Shown: positions 4,486-14,695, numbered from the stretch's first letter. The stretch is 15,629 nt of DNA from Candidatus Scalinduaceae bacterium (GCA_046759445.1 JBHICG010000074.1:1-15629), one strand, 5' to 3'. Notes: generated by a model not told the origin, from the sequence alone. Made by a program: numbers and translations.

Positions 4486-6495
4486 ATGGAACGAAAGATA
4501 AAGATAGTAAATTCAAATGGTTTACATGCAAGGCCAGCCACATGTTTTGTAGAAATGGCAAATAAATATGACTCTGAAATTTCTGTCAGTACTGAAAACA
4601 AAGAAAAAGTAAATGGAAAAAGTATAATTGACCTTTTAACATTAGGCGCAAAAAAGGGGACTGAAATAATAGTAACTGCTGAAGGTAAAGATCAAGAAAA
4701 AGCTTTAGATGCACTGGAAGGTCTTGTCAGAGACAGATTTAAAGAAGAATTTATGGAAACAAGAAAAGGAATTGCTGTTGCACCAGGTGTGGTTATAAAA
4801 GAAGCATTTGTTTTGGAAAGTGAAGGATATAGAATACCACGTCACCTCATTACCGAAGAAGAGATTCCTAAAGAGTTAATTAGGTTGGAGGAGTCAATTG
4901 CATCTGCTAAAAAAGAGATCGAAGCATTAGAGGGTAGTGTCTCAAAAAAATTAGGTTCCCAAATCGGCACTATCTTCGCCACACATAAATTAATGCTTCA
5001 AGATGAAAACCTGAGGAAAGAATTTGTCGAAAAGATAAAAGAAAATCGGTTCAGTGCTGAGTATGCTGTTTCGTTGGCCTTGCGTGTGTACATAAGAAAG
5101 TTCAATGATGTTGATGATCCATATCTTTCTGCAAGAGTAGGAGACATCTTTGATATAGAAAAAAGGCTTTTAAGAAATTTATTAGGGGAAAAGAGGGAAG
5201 AACTCAAAAACCTTACTGAGGAAATAGTTGTGGTTGCACATGATCTTAGCCCTTCTCAAATAGCTTCTTTAGATACCACCAAAGTAAAAGGTTTTGTTAC
5301 TGATCTTGGAGGAAGAACATCTCATTCGGCAATCGTTGCAAGAGCTTTGGGAATACCTGCTGTGGTTGGGTTAGGAACTGCCACAGTAGACGTTTTTGGA
5401 GGAGACCGCATTATCATAGATGGTAATCGTGGGATTGTAATAATTAGACCTGATGAAAAAACCCTTAAAGAATATATAAAGATAGAAAGAAGTTTTCATG
5501 TTTTTGAGGAAAAACTCACTTCAGAACTGAAAGACCTCCCTGCCGTAACACTAGACGGCCGAGAAGTTTCCATATTAGGAAATATTGAGTTTCCCCGTGA
5601 AATCGGCGCATGTTTAAACCACGGGGCCGCCGGTATTGGTCTTTATAGAACAGAGTTTTTATATCTTGGCTCTAAAAATACACCTACTGAAGAGGATCAC
5701 TTTAATGCCTATCTACAATCAACAAAAGAATTAAATAATAAACCAATAATCATAAGAACAGTTGATCTCGGAGGTGACAAATTCTTTCAGGAAAATGATG
5801 ATAGAGAGATCAATCCATTTCTGGGTTGTAGGTCTATTCGTTATTGCTTAGATCATATAGACATCTTTAAATCTCAGTTAAGAGCTATATTAAGAGCTTC
5901 TGCTTTTGGCAACGTAAAAATTTTATTCCCCCTAATCTCCTCTCTACAGGAACTACAAAAAGCGAAGGATGTGGTAAAGGAAGTAATGGATGAGTTAAAC
6001 CATAAGGAAATAAGTTTTGATGAAAATATAGAATTTGGAATCATGATAGAGGTTCCTTCCGCTGCTATGTTAGCAGATGTTTTATCAAAAGAGGTTGATT
6101 TTTTTAGTTTGGGTACAAATGACCTGATTCAATACACTTTAGCAATAGATAGAAGCAATGAAAAAGTGGCACATCTATACTCTCCAGCCCATCCCGCAAT
6201 ATTAAAACTAATAAAAATGACCATTAAGGCTGCTGAAGAAAACAACATAAAAGTAGGGATATGTGGTGAAATGGGTGGAGAAATTGAATATACCATTTTA
6301 TTATTAGGATTAGGTTTAAGGGAATTTAGCGTTGCTCCTGCTATGATAATACCTGAAGTAAAGAAGATTGTTAGATCTGTCACCTACGAAAGAGCAAAGG
6401 AAGTCGCAGAGACTGTATGTTCTTTCAACAATGCTACAAAAACAACCGAGTATCTCCGAAACATCGCCCGAGAAATCATACCAGAAATATTTTAA
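4486..6495 (+). CDS. ptsI: Fused HPr and PTS Enzyme I (phosphoenolpyruvate-protein phosphotransferase)
   Basis: Residues 1-~88 are HPr (GLHARPA His14, GKS Ser46). Residues 90-669 are Enzyme I (GIAVAPG, GGRTSH His280, GLYRTEF, NPFLGCRSIR, GIMIEVP, SLGTNDLIQY, GICGE Cys593). Confidence 0.95.
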   Translation: MERKIKIVNSNGLHARPATCFVEMANKYDSEISVSTENKEKVNGKSIIDLLTLGAKKGTEIIVTAEGKDQEKALDALEGLVRDRFKEEFMETRKGIAVAPGVVIKEAFVLESEGYRIPRHLITEEEIPKELIRLEESIASAKKEIEALEGSVSKKLGSQIGTIFATHKLMLQDENLRKEFVEKIKENRFSAEYAVSLALRVYIRKFNDVDDPYLSARVGDIFDIEKRLLRNLLGEKREELKNLTEEIVVVAHDLSPSQIASLDTTKVKGFVTDLGGRTSHSAIVARALGIPAVVGLGTATVDVFGGDRIIIDGNRGIVIIRPDEKTLKEYIKIERSFHVFEEKLTSELKDLPAVTLDGREVSILGNIEFPREIGACLNHGAAGIGLYRTEFLYLGSKNTPTEEDHFNAYLQSTKELNNKPIIIRTVDLGGDKFFQENDDREINPFLGCRSIRYCLDHIDIFKSQLRAILRASAFGNVKILFPLISSLQELQKAKDVVKEVMDELNHKEISFDENIEFGIMIEVPSAAMLADVLSKEVDFFSLGTNDLIQYTLAIDRSNEKVAHLYSPAHPAILKLIKMTIKAAEENNIKVGICGEMGGEIEYTILLLGLGLREFSVAPAMIIPEVKKIVRSVTYERAKEVAETVCSFNNATKTTEYLRNIAREIIPEIF

Positions 6496-6590
6496 GGTTA
6501 GAATTTTTCTACACTTAAGTAATTGTTCTTTGTGACCTTATATATATTTCTTGCCTTCTAGCAATAAGCATTCAACCACTGAAAATAATA

Positions 6591-6619
6591 TTGACAGATT
6601 CGAGAATTATTACTAGAAT
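6591..6619 (+). promoter_or_regulatory. Near-consensus sigma70 promoter for the DUF2344-rne/rng-rplU-rpmA cluster
   Basis: TTGACA (6591-6596), 17-nt spacer, TAGAAT (6614-6619). Confidence 0.75.
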
Positions 6620-6683
6620 TAACGTAAGTCTAATAAAGTTAACAGGTTGTTAGTTCTTTACAAATAGTAGATTACATTATATT

Positions 6684-7319
6684 TTGAGAATTCAAATAAA
6701 ATTTATAAAACAAGGAAGTTTAAGATTCATTTCTCACCTTAACTTAATGAAACTATTTGAGAGGGCAATCCGTAGGACGGGAATCCCAGTTAAAATGTCT
6801 GAGGGCTTTAACCCAAGGCCAAAGATTGCTTTTCCTTTGGCATTATCGGTGGGGGTTAAAGGAATCGACGAAAAATTGGAGTTAGAAACTGGGGAATGGA
6901 TGCAAGTCACAGAGATCGAATCAAGGCTGAAAAAACAACTTCCAGAAAATATAAAAGTTGTTTCCGTCAAACTGGTTTCTACCCAACAAAAACCTTCTGT
7001 AACAGATGTGACATACATTGTAAGACTAAAAAAAGGGGGAATGCCAGAGGCGAAAAAAATTAACGAACTTTTATCCAAGGAAGTAATCAATACACAAAGA
7101 AAAGGGAAGAAACTAAAGTTCAATCTGCGTCCATCAATAATTAGTATTACTACTAATTTACAATTCATTGAGTTAAAATTAAGTATGACTATTAAAGGAA
7201 TGGCACGGCCTGAAGAGGTATTATCACACCTAGGATTGCAAGTTGGAAGAGACTATGAGCTTTCTGAAATAGTTAGAACAAAAGTGAATCTATCTTCCTC
7301 CAAAATGGCAGTTTGTTAA
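6684..7319 (+). CDS. DUF2344 / TIGR03936 radical SAM-linked family protein
   Basis: RIQIKFIKQGSLRFISHLNLMKLFERAIRR and SEGFNPRPKIAFPLALSVG motifs. Typical position upstream of an Rne/Rng gene. TTG start. Confidence 0.9.
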   Translation: MRIQIKFIKQGSLRFISHLNLMKLFERAIRRTGIPVKMSEGFNPRPKIAFPLALSVGVKGIDEKLELETGEWMQVTEIESRLKKQLPENIKVVSVKLVSTQQKPSVTDVTYIVRLKKGGMPEAKKINELLSKEVINTQRKGKKLKFNLRPSIISITTNLQFIELKLSMTIKGMARPEEVLSHLGLQVGRDYELSEIVRTKVNLSSSKMAVC

Positions 7320-7338
7320 TATACGTAAAAGGAAGATA

Positions 7339-8862
7339 ATGAAAAAAATAATGCTAGTAAATGCTATTGAACCAGAGGAGAGTAGAATAGCAATATTGGA
7401 GGATAAAGTTCTTGAAGAATTATATATAGAAAGGTTTTCTCGTGAGCAAATTGCTGGAAATATATATAAGGGCCGAGTAGTCAATATAGAATCTAGTATA
7501 GAAGCTGCATTTGTAGATATAGGACTAACAAAGAACGGTTTTCTCCATGCTTCAGACGTTAAATATCCCCAAAGCGATGGCGATCAATCTGGCAATGACG
7601 ATAGCACTGTAAAAACAAAAGAAATTAAACCCAGGATTAAGTCACTATTAAAACCACATCAAGAAATATTTGTTCAGATTACTAAAGAGGGAATAGGTGA
7701 TAAAGGGCCTAGTTTAACAACATACGTCAGCCTTCCAGGAAGATTTTTAGTGTTGATGCCTGACGTAAATCGTATTGGAATTTCTCGAAAAATCATTGAT
7801 GAAACAGAAAGAAAAAGACTTAAAGAGATTATTGAAGAATTAAATCCACCTCCAAATTTGGGATTTATCGTAAGAACTGCTGGAGTAAATCAAACAAAAC
7901 GTGAACTATCCAGAGACATTAATTATCTACAGAGACTATGGAAGGTTATAGAAAGTAAAGGACATAAAGCTGACTCACCATCTGTTATATATCAGGAAAG
8001 TGATTTAGTAATTCGTACAATTCGAGATATATTTTCATCAGATATTGATGAAATAACCATTGACTCTGAAACTGTCTATAAGAAAATAAGATATTTTCTG
8101 CGTTTAATAATGCCCAGTTGTGTGAAGAAATTAAGACTTTATAAAAATCCAGAGCCATTATTTCATAAATATAACATTGAAAATGAGATAGAAAAAATAC
8201 ATAATAAAGAAGTTCGTCTTCCAAGAGGCGGTTCGATAGTAATTGAGCAAACAGAAGCGCTAGTAGCAATAGACGTAAATAGTGGTAAATATAGGGAAGA
8301 AAGTGATCCAGAGAAAACCGCATTTAAAACAAACATAAAAGCGGCAAAAGAAATCGCACGCCAAATTAGATTAAGGGACATTGGTGGTGTTGTAATAATT
8401 GATTTTATCGATTTGAAAATAGAGAGCAATATGAGAGCAGTTGAAAAGGTAATAGAAGAGGCTTCAAAAAGAGATCGTGCAAGGACAAAGATGTTAAAAA
8501 TGTCTAAATTTGGTATTATTCAAATGACACGGCAGCGCATTAAACCAAGCCTCAAAGATGTAATTTACGAAAACTGTGAACACTGTAAAGGCACAGGAGT
8601 AACAAAAACACTCGAAAGCAATTGTCTTGATTTAATGAGGCAGATAAAATCAGCCTCTAACAATCCCCTTGTCAATAAAATCGAAGTTATAGCCAATGAT
8701 GAAGTAGCAGAAAATCTACTAAACTTGAAAAAGAAACAACTAGCAAAACTTGAGGAAAACTTTTCAAATTGTATTATAATTAAGGGTAGAATAGGATACA
8801 AAATAGGTGAAGTTACAATAAATCATTTTGATAGTAGTGGGAATCGCATCACTATTAAGTAA
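7339..8862 (+). CDS. Rne/Rng family ribonuclease (RNase G-length)
   Basis: S1 domain GNIYKGRV..AAFVDIG, catalytic AIDVNSG and IIDFID motifs, Zn-link CEHCKGTG. No long C-terminal scaffold. Confidence 0.95.
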   Translation: MKKIMLVNAIEPEESRIAILEDKVLEELYIERFSREQIAGNIYKGRVVNIESSIEAAFVDIGLTKNGFLHASDVKYPQSDGDQSGNDDSTVKTKEIKPRIKSLLKPHQEIFVQITKEGIGDKGPSLTTYVSLPGRFLVLMPDVNRIGISRKIIDETERKRLKEIIEELNPPPNLGFIVRTAGVNQTKRELSRDINYLQRLWKVIESKGHKADSPSVIYQESDLVIRTIRDIFSSDIDEITIDSETVYKKIRYFLRLIMPSCVKKLRLYKNPEPLFHKYNIENEIEKIHNKEVRLPRGGSIVIEQTEALVAIDVNSGKYREESDPEKTAFKTNIKAAKEIARQIRLRDIGGVVIIDFIDLKIESNMRAVEKVIEEASKRDRARTKMLKMSKFGIIQMTRQRIKPSLKDVIYENCEHCKGTGVTKTLESNCLDLMRQIKSASNNPLVNKIEVIANDEVAENLLNLKKKQLAKLEENFSNCIIIKGRIGYKIGEVTINHFDSSGNRITIK

Positions 8863-8941
8863 GTATTTTCATGTTTCTTTTGACAATATGTGTTATTATT
8901 AAGCGAAGAATATCTGAAAATATGATGAAAGGAGAAATATA

Positions 8942-9256
8942 ATGTATGCCGTTATCAAAGATGGGGGAAAACAATATAAGGTTGAATCCGGAGAAAGTAT
9001 ACAAATTGATTTAAGAGATAATATCAAAAAAGGTGATACTTTAGAGTTTAAAGACGTATTGTTGGTTTCAAAAGATGAGAAAACAACAATAGGTAGACCC
9101 ACTGTCGAGAATGCAAAAGTAATATCAGAAGTTCTGGGACACGTAAAAGGTAAGAAACTGGTAGTTATGAAATTTCGGCGACGTAAGGACTCCAGGACAA
9201 AACGAGGACATAGACAAAAATATACAAAAATTAAGGTTAAGGAAATTATTTCCTGA
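8942..9256 (+). CDS. rplU: 50S ribosomal protein L21
   Basis: MYAVIKDGGKQYKV and GHRQKYT motifs. RBS AAGGAG upstream. Confidence 0.98.
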   Translation: MYAVIKDGGKQYKVESGESIQIDLRDNIKKGDTLEFKDVLLVSKDEKTTIGRPTVENAKVISEVLGHVKGKKLVVMKFRRRKDSRTKRGHRQKYTKIKVKEIIS

Positions 9257-9281
9257 TATTTTTTAAAAAAGGAGATAAATA

Positions 9282-9530
9282 ATGGCTCACAAAAAGGGAC
9301 AAGGTTCGAGTAAAAACGGAAGAGATAGTAACGCCCAGTACAGGGGTATAAAACATTTTGCCGGCGAAATCGTTAAAAGTGGTTCAATTTTGGTACGTCA
9401 ATGTGGTACAAAATTCAAGCCAGGAACAAATGTTGGATGTGGGAGAGATTATACACTATTTACAAAAACGGATGGAATAGTTAGATTTGAACCAGGACGC
9501 CGTGTTAGTGTATATCCAAACCAGAATTAA
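9282..9530 (+). CDS. rpmA: 50S ribosomal protein L27
   Basis: [16 protein letters not shown] and [11 protein letters not shown] motifs. RBS AAGGAG upstream. Confidence 0.98.
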   Translation: MAHKKGQGSSKNGRDSNAQYRGIKHFAGEIVKSGSILVRQCGTKFKPGTNVGCGRDYTLFTKTDGIVRFEPGRRVSVYPNQN

Positions 9531-9760
9531 ACTAATCTGGCTATAATTGTAAAATGTCTTAAGTAAAAGGACACACTTGCATATTCGTGATGGTCTATTA
9601 GTAGAGGACAAATAACGAATAATATCTTAACAAGTAAAACACAAGATAAACATGGAATGTTTGTTGTAGGCGTAAAAAGAAAATTCATTGAATTTTTTCT
9701 ATAATTAATACCTATCGCAATGAGAATTATCTTTTGTCGCTTATTACAACATTTAACATT

Positions 9761-9788
9761 AAAGGGAGCTTATATAGCTCCCTTTTTT
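9761..9788 (+). terminator. Intrinsic terminator-like hairpin
   Basis: AAAGGGAGCT (9761-9770) pairs perfectly with AGCTCCCTTT (9776-9785) around a 5-nt loop. T6 tract at 9783-9788. Confidence 0.78.
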
Positions 9789-9802
9789 CATAGACAACAA
9801 TC

Positions 9803-10837
9803 ATGTTTATAGATGAAGTTACAATATATGTAAAAGGTGGAGATGGTGGAGACGGTATTGTAAGTTTTCGACGTGAAAAATATGTCCCTCGTGGTGGACC
9901 CGACGGTGGTGATGGAGGTAAAGGAGGCGATGTTATCCTGCATGTTAATGAAAAGATTGATACATTGTTAGACATAACGTCAAGGTCAAAATTCATTGCT
10001 GAAAACGGTGAAGATGGGAGTGGAGGTAAGAGAAATGGCAAGGACGGAGAAGACATAATCATTGATGTGCCAAAAGGAACACTGGTTAGAGACTTAAAGA
10101 CAGGACTTATAATTAAGGATTTAAAGAAGGCTGGAGAATCTATAAGAATTGCTAGAGGAGCAAAGAAAGGGCGAGGAAATGCATACTTTAAATCTTCAAC
10201 AAATCAGGCCCCTCATTTCGCCAAAAAAGGTAAAAAAGGTCAAGAACGCTGGATTAGGCTCGAACTAAAGTTAATTGCTGATGTTGGCATTATAGGCTTA
10301 CCAAATGCTGGAAAATCTACTTTGCTTTCACACATCTCGTCAGCACATCCAAAGATTGCAGACTACCCGTTCACTACGCTCCAGCCGCAACTAGGAATCG
10401 TGGAGTTAGAGGGATTTAAGAGATTAGTATTTGCAGATATACCAGGTCTTATAAAAGGTGCGCATTGTGGTTTTGGTTTAGGCAACACATTTTTACGGCA
10501 TATAGAAAGGACAAAGGCAGTAATTCACATAATCGATATTTCTACAAAGCCAGATATATTAGATGCGTATCACATGATTAGGAGAGAATTAATGCTTTTT
10601 AATCCTGTATTATGTGAAAAACCTGAAATAATAGCCGCAAATAAGGTTGATCTCTTAGATACTAGTATATATCTTAAAAAGATAAAAAATTTGAGCAAAG
10701 AATTATCTAAACCCGTATTTCCAATCTCCGCAGCAACGGGCAAAAATCTAAAAACCCTGATTAAAAGAGTTGCAAATTTAATTGATAAAGAAACTGAAGG
10801 TAAACACTTAAATTTATTATCTTACGAAAGAAAATAA
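9803..10837 (+). CDS. obgE: GTPase Obg/CgtA
   Basis: MFIDEV, glycine-rich Obg fold, G1 GLPNAGKST, G2 YPFTT, G3 DIPG, G4 NKVD, G5 SAA. Confidence 0.97.
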   Translation: MFIDEVTIYVKGGDGGDGIVSFRREKYVPRGGPDGGDGGKGGDVILHVNEKIDTLLDITSRSKFIAENGEDGSGGKRNGKDGEDIIIDVPKGTLVRDLKTGLIIKDLKKAGESIRIARGAKKGRGNAYFKSSTNQAPHFAKKGKKGQERWIRLELKLIADVGIIGLPNAGKSTLLSHISSAHPKIADYPFTTLQPQLGIVELEGFKRLVFADIPGLIKGAHCGFGLGNTFLRHIERTKAVIHIIDISTKPDILDAYHMIRRELMLFNPVLCEKPEIIAANKVDLLDTSIYLKKIKNLSKELSKPVFPISAATGKNLKTLIKRVANLIDKETEGKHLNLLSYERK

Positions 10838-10843
10838 AACCTT

Positions 10844-11593
10844 ATGATATTAGCCGTAGATATTGGAAACACAAACATTAGTATAGGCGGCTTTCAAGGA
10901 AAAAAGCTTGTTTCACACTTTTGTATTGATAACAAAAGCCTAATACAAAAAAAAGTTAGTCTTCCCCTTAAATCATCCTTTTTGAACAGATTTAAAAACA
11001 TATTAATAGCTTCCGTAAATCCTAAAATGGAATCTTTTTTTTACAAATACCTGGACAAAAGATATAAAAAAATGGCGCTCAAGATAGGTAGAGAAATAAA
11101 ATTAAAAATCCCCACACTTGTTGAGAATCAAGAAAAGGTTGGCATAGATAGGTTGTTAAATGCACTTGCAGCATTCAAACGAACTAAAACTTCTACAATA
11201 GTTATTGATTTTGGTACAGCAATAACTTTTGATGTAGTATCAAAAAGAGGTGAATTTTTAGGTGGGATAATACTACCAGGTATAAAGACGAGTGCATATG
11301 CCTTAAACAGGCGAACGGCCTTTTTACCCGAAGTGGAAATAAAAAAACCAACCGTAATCATTGGAAGTAATACAGAAAAGGCCATTTGCTCAGGAATATA
11401 TATGGGTACTGTCGGTGCAACAACTCATATACTAAAAAATATCCGCAAAGAATTCGGAGGCATCAGGTACACTATTGCAACAGGTGGGGATTCAAAAATA
11501 TTCAAGGAAGAACTTAATCAAATTGATATGTTTATTCCACATTTAACATTGGAAGGAATAAGAATCGCTTTCGCAGAGAATTTCAATTCATAA
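10844..11593 (+). CDS. coaX: Type III pantothenate kinase
   Basis: LAVDIGNT, VGIDR, VIDFGTAITFD, GGIILPG, ATGG, LTLEG motifs. Confidence 0.96.
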   Translation: MILAVDIGNTNISIGGFQGKKLVSHFCIDNKSLIQKKVSLPLKSSFLNRFKNILIASVNPKMESFFYKYLDKRYKKMALKIGREIKLKIPTLVENQEKVGIDRLLNALAAFKRTKTSTIVIDFGTAITFDVVSKRGEFLGGIILPGIKTSAYALNRRTAFLPEVEIKKPTVIIGSNTEKAICSGIYMGTVGATTHILKNIRKEFGGIRYTIATGGDSKIFKEELNQIDMFIPHLTLEGIRIAFAENFNS

Positions 11594-11601
11594 TGTGTAT
11601 A

Positions 11602-12033
11602 CTAACTACTTCCTTTTTCTGCTTCTTTAAGCTTGTTTATCAAGGCCTTATAACCTTCTTCGTTTCTTAAACTATCTAAATCGCTATCCTCCTCCATATG
11701 TTTTATATCGTCGTAGCCTAACTCTATTGCTTTACTTAAAGCAATTAACGACCGACTAACTTTACCCAATAACGAATAACTGCAGGCAAGATTATAATGT
11801 ACCAATGGATCATAAGGCTTAAGCTCAGCCAACCTCAAATCTATCTTCAATCCTTTATCACACATCCCAACGGTAGTATACAAATTGCCTAAGTACATAA
11901 GGCACTCAACATAGCTCGGATAGTTTTCCAGTACCCCTTCCAAAAACCAAATAAAAAATTCTTCATCATTTTTTTGAAATTCTGGAGACTTTAACTTAAA
12001 CTTATGTTCCGGGATTTTTAATGTTACACTCAT
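11602..12033 (-). CDS. Small TPR-like protein
   Basis: CLMYLGNLYT, VHYNLACSYSLLG..LSKAIELGY..DSDLDSLR TPR-type helices. Convergent with coaX, with an 8-bp gap. Confidence 0.85.
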   Translation of the reverse strand: MSVTLKIPEHKFKLKSPEFQKNDEEFFIWFLEGVLENYPSYVECLMYLGNLYTTVGMCDKGLKIDLRLAELKPYDPLVHYNLACSYSLLGKVSRSLIALSKAIELGYDDIKHMEEDSDLDSLRNEEGYKALINKLKEAEKGSS

Positions 12034-12083
12034 TGAATATAATAAAATTAAGTTTCTTATAAAATCGGATTTGTTTCCTTTTT

Positions 12084-12111
12084 AGTTTATTATAAATTGG
12101 TGTATTGTCAA
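12084..12111 (-). promoter_or_regulatory. Putative sigma70 promoter for the small TPR gene
   Basis: TTGACA (12111-12106), 16-nt spacer, TAAACT (12089-12084). Confidence 0.45.
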
Positions 12112-12157
12112 GCATGATTTTATAATTATTACCTGAAGTGCTTTATTTCCTTTCTCC

Positions 12158-12186
12158 TTGACATGCATATCTTTGATAAGTAGAAT
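12158..12186 (+). promoter_or_regulatory. Near-consensus sigma70 promoter for sucCD-korDA
   Basis: TTGACA (12158-12163), 17-nt spacer, TAGAAT (12181-12186). Confidence 0.75.
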
Positions 12187-12336
12187 TTGGAAGTATTATC
12201 TGCAAAATGTCTTAAAATTAATGATAATAGTAATAGTGCATTTTAGGTACAGGTCGATCCTTCCAATTTTAATTTGTTCATCTCACCTAACCTGAAAATC
12301 CATCAATTTTATAAACATACAAAATAAGGGTAACCA

Positions 12337-13506
12337 TTGAAACTCTACGAATATCAAGCTAAGAATATCCTGCGCAAATATGGTGTTGAAGTCCCTGACG
12401 GCAAAGTAGTAACCGATGCAGAAGCCGCCGTACAAGCATATTGTCGCCTAGGAGCAAAAAGATGCGTTGTAAAGTCTCAGATTCTTGCTGGTGGTAGAGG
12501 AAAAGGTGGTGGGGTAAAGATAGTTGATACGTCAGAAGAAGTAAAAAAATATACGTCTGAAATTATTGGTTCACATTTAAGAACCGCTCAAACAGGAAAA
12601 AATGGAATAAAAGTAAACAAAATCCTCATAGAAGAAGCCGTCGATATAGAAAAGGAATTATATTTAGCAATTTCAATAGATAGAAGCACATCTACACCAA
12701 TTATAATATGTAGTACAGAAGGTGGGACGGAAATAGAAGAGGTATCTTTAAAGACACCTCAAAAAATATTTAAGGAACAAATTGATCCAATTTTGGGTAT
12801 TCATGTCTTTCAGGCGCGTCAGATAGCGCTTAAACTTAATTTGGCAGGATCCCCTTTAGCAAAGGCTACAAACTTAGTCTTGAACTTATATAAGGTTTTC
12901 ATCGAAAACGACTGCTCACTTCTTGAAATAAACCCTCTCGCACTTACCAGTAATGAAAGGATTATAGCTCTAGACATAAAAATTGATATCGATGATAATG
13001 CCCTTTTTCGTCATGAGGAACTGCTCAAAATGAGAGACTTTTCAGAAGTTGATATAGCCGAAAGAAAAGCTTCAGAGTCAGGGCTGAGCTATGTTGGACT
13101 TGAAGGAAATATTGGCTGCCTGGTTAATGGAGCTGGTTTGGCTATGGCCACAATGGATATTATTAAGCTACACGGTGGGAAGCCTGCTAATTTTTTGGAT
13201 GTTGGAGGTGACGCACCCGTTGATAGGGTTACAACTGCATTTGAGTTAATCTTTACAGATCCAAAAGTCAAAGGTGTATTAGTAAATATTTTCGGTGGTA
13301 TAATGAAATGTGATATTGTTGCTAAAGGAATTATACAAGCTGTCAAAAAAGTTGGCATTAACGTACCATTAGTTATAAGATTAGAAGGTACAAACGTCAA
13401 AGTCGCAAAACAGATACTTGGCGATTCTAAGCTTAATATCATTTCTGCCGAAAGTATGAAGGATGCGGCAGAAAGGATAGTAAAAGCCGTAAATGAGAAG
13501 AAATGA
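12337..13506 (+). CDS. sucC: Succinyl-CoA ligase (ADP-forming) beta subunit
   Basis: [57 protein letters not shown] motifs. TTG start. Confidence 0.96.
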   Translation: MKLYEYQAKNILRKYGVEVPDGKVVTDAEAAVQAYCRLGAKRCVVKSQILAGGRGKGGGVKIVDTSEEVKKYTSEIIGSHLRTAQTGKNGIKVNKILIEEAVDIEKELYLAISIDRSTSTPIIICSTEGGTEIEEVSLKTPQKIFKEQIDPILGIHVFQARQIALKLNLAGSPLAKATNLVLNLYKVFIENDCSLLEINPLALTSNERIIALDIKIDIDDNALFRHEELLKMRDFSEVDIAERKASESGLSYVGLEGNIGCLVNGAGLAMATMDIIKLHGGKPANFLDVGGDAPVDRVTTAFELIFTDPKVKGVLVNIFGGIMKCDIVAKGIIQAVKKVGINVPLVIRLEGTNVKVAKQILGDSKLNIISAESMKDAAERIVKAVNEKK

Positions 13507-14375
13507 GTATCCTAATTAACAAAGATACAAAAGTTGTTTGTCAAGGGATTACGGGAAATTCAGGGAGATTCCATACAAAACATATGATTGAGTACGGAAC
13601 AAAAATTCTCGCAGGAGTTACTCCAGGTAAAGGTGGCTCACACGTTTACGATATTCCTGTCTTTAACGCGGTAACAGAAGCGGTAGAAAAAACTGGTTGT
13701 GATACTTCCATAATCTATGTACCGGCGCCTTTTGCCGCCGATACAATTATAGAGGCTGTAGAAGCGGGAATTAAATTAATCATTTGCATTACTGAAGGAA
13801 TTCCCATTATTGACATGTTAAGAGTAAAAACATATCTTAGTACAAAAACATCCCGTCTAATTGGACCCAATTGTCCAGGAATTATCACTCCAGGAGAATC
13901 AAAAATTGGTATAATGCCCGGATATATACATATACCTGGAAACGTAGGCGTAGTATCAAGAAGTGGTACACTAACCTATGAAGCAGTATGGCAACTAACA
14001 ACAAGAAACATTGGTCAATCCACATGCATCGGAATAGGCGGTGATCCTGTTATTGGGACATCATTCATAGATGTTCTTAGATTGTTTCAAGAAGATAATG
14101 GCACTAAAGCAATAGTCCTAATTGGAGAAATTGGCGGAAGTGCAGAAGAGGAAGCGGCAGAATTTATAAAGCAGGAAATAACAAAACCCGTCATAAGCTT
14201 TATTGCGGGGCTTACGGCCCCAGAAGGCAAAAGAATGGGCCATGCTGGGGCTATCATTGCCAGCGGCAAAGGTACTGTCGAGGAAAAAGTATCTTGCTTA
14301 CGAGATGCTAATGTTACCGTTGTAAACAATCCAGCAGATATTGGGGAAACGGTTGCAAATGTATTTAAACAGTAA
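13503..14375 (+). CDS. sucD: Succinyl-CoA ligase alpha subunit
   Basis: [33 protein letters not shown] (phospho-His). ATGA overlap with sucC. Confidence 0.97.
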   Translation: MSILINKDTKVVCQGITGNSGRFHTKHMIEYGTKILAGVTPGKGGSHVYDIPVFNAVTEAVEKTGCDTSIIYVPAPFAADTIIEAVEAGIKLIICITEGIPIIDMLRVKTYLSTKTSRLIGPNCPGIITPGESKIGIMPGYIHIPGNVGVVSRSGTLTYEAVWQLTTRNIGQSTCIGIGGDPVIGTSFIDVLRLFQEDNGTKAIVLIGEIGGSAEEEAAEFIKQEITKPVISFIAGLTAPEGKRMGHAGAIIASGKGTVEEKVSCLRDANVTVVNNPADIGETVANVFKQ

Positions 14376-14479
14376 CGTAAAATTAGACATTTATAGTAAA
14401 AAGGTGTAAAATAAATTTTAAATGTTTTAGTAAATTTAACCTCAAGAACCCTTATTTATAATTATATTGAGAATTGATA

Positions 14480-14695
14480 ATGGCCAAGAAAAAGGGAACT
14501 GTTCACATAGATCACAATAGATGCAAATTGTGTGGTATTTGCGTTAATATTTGTCCTGTACAGAATTATAAAATAAATCAACGAAAGTTGAAAGAACTTG
14601 GTAAATGTATTGCATGTCTACAATGTGAAAGATATTGTCCGGACATGGCTCTCATTATAGATATACAAAATGACAAAGACACTTCTACAGGGTAA
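14480..14695 (+). CDS. korD: 2x[4Fe-4S] ferredoxin-like delta subunit of a 2-oxoacid:ferredoxin oxidoreductase
   Basis: CKLCGICVNICP and CIACLQCERYCP motifs. ATG at 14480 preferred over TTG at 14474. Directly precedes the alpha subunit. Confidence 0.85.
   Translation: MAKKKGTVHIDHNRCKLCGICVNICPVQNYKINQRKLKELGKCIACLQCERYCPDMALIIDIQNDKDTSTG

Noticed and set aside
8880..8899. TTGACA and TATTAT upstream of rplU as a promoter pair
   Set aside because: They are only 8 nt apart. An extended -10 alone (TGT-TATTAT) is possible but not supportable.
9257..9281. Absence of prp/ysxB between rplU and rpmA
   Set aside because: Ordinary: L27 here starts MAHKK with no N-terminal extension needing cleavage.
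9716..9734. Fur-box-like CGCAATGAGAATTATCTTT
   Set aside because: Only about 11/19 matches to consensus in AT-rich DNA, and no iron-related gene is nearby.
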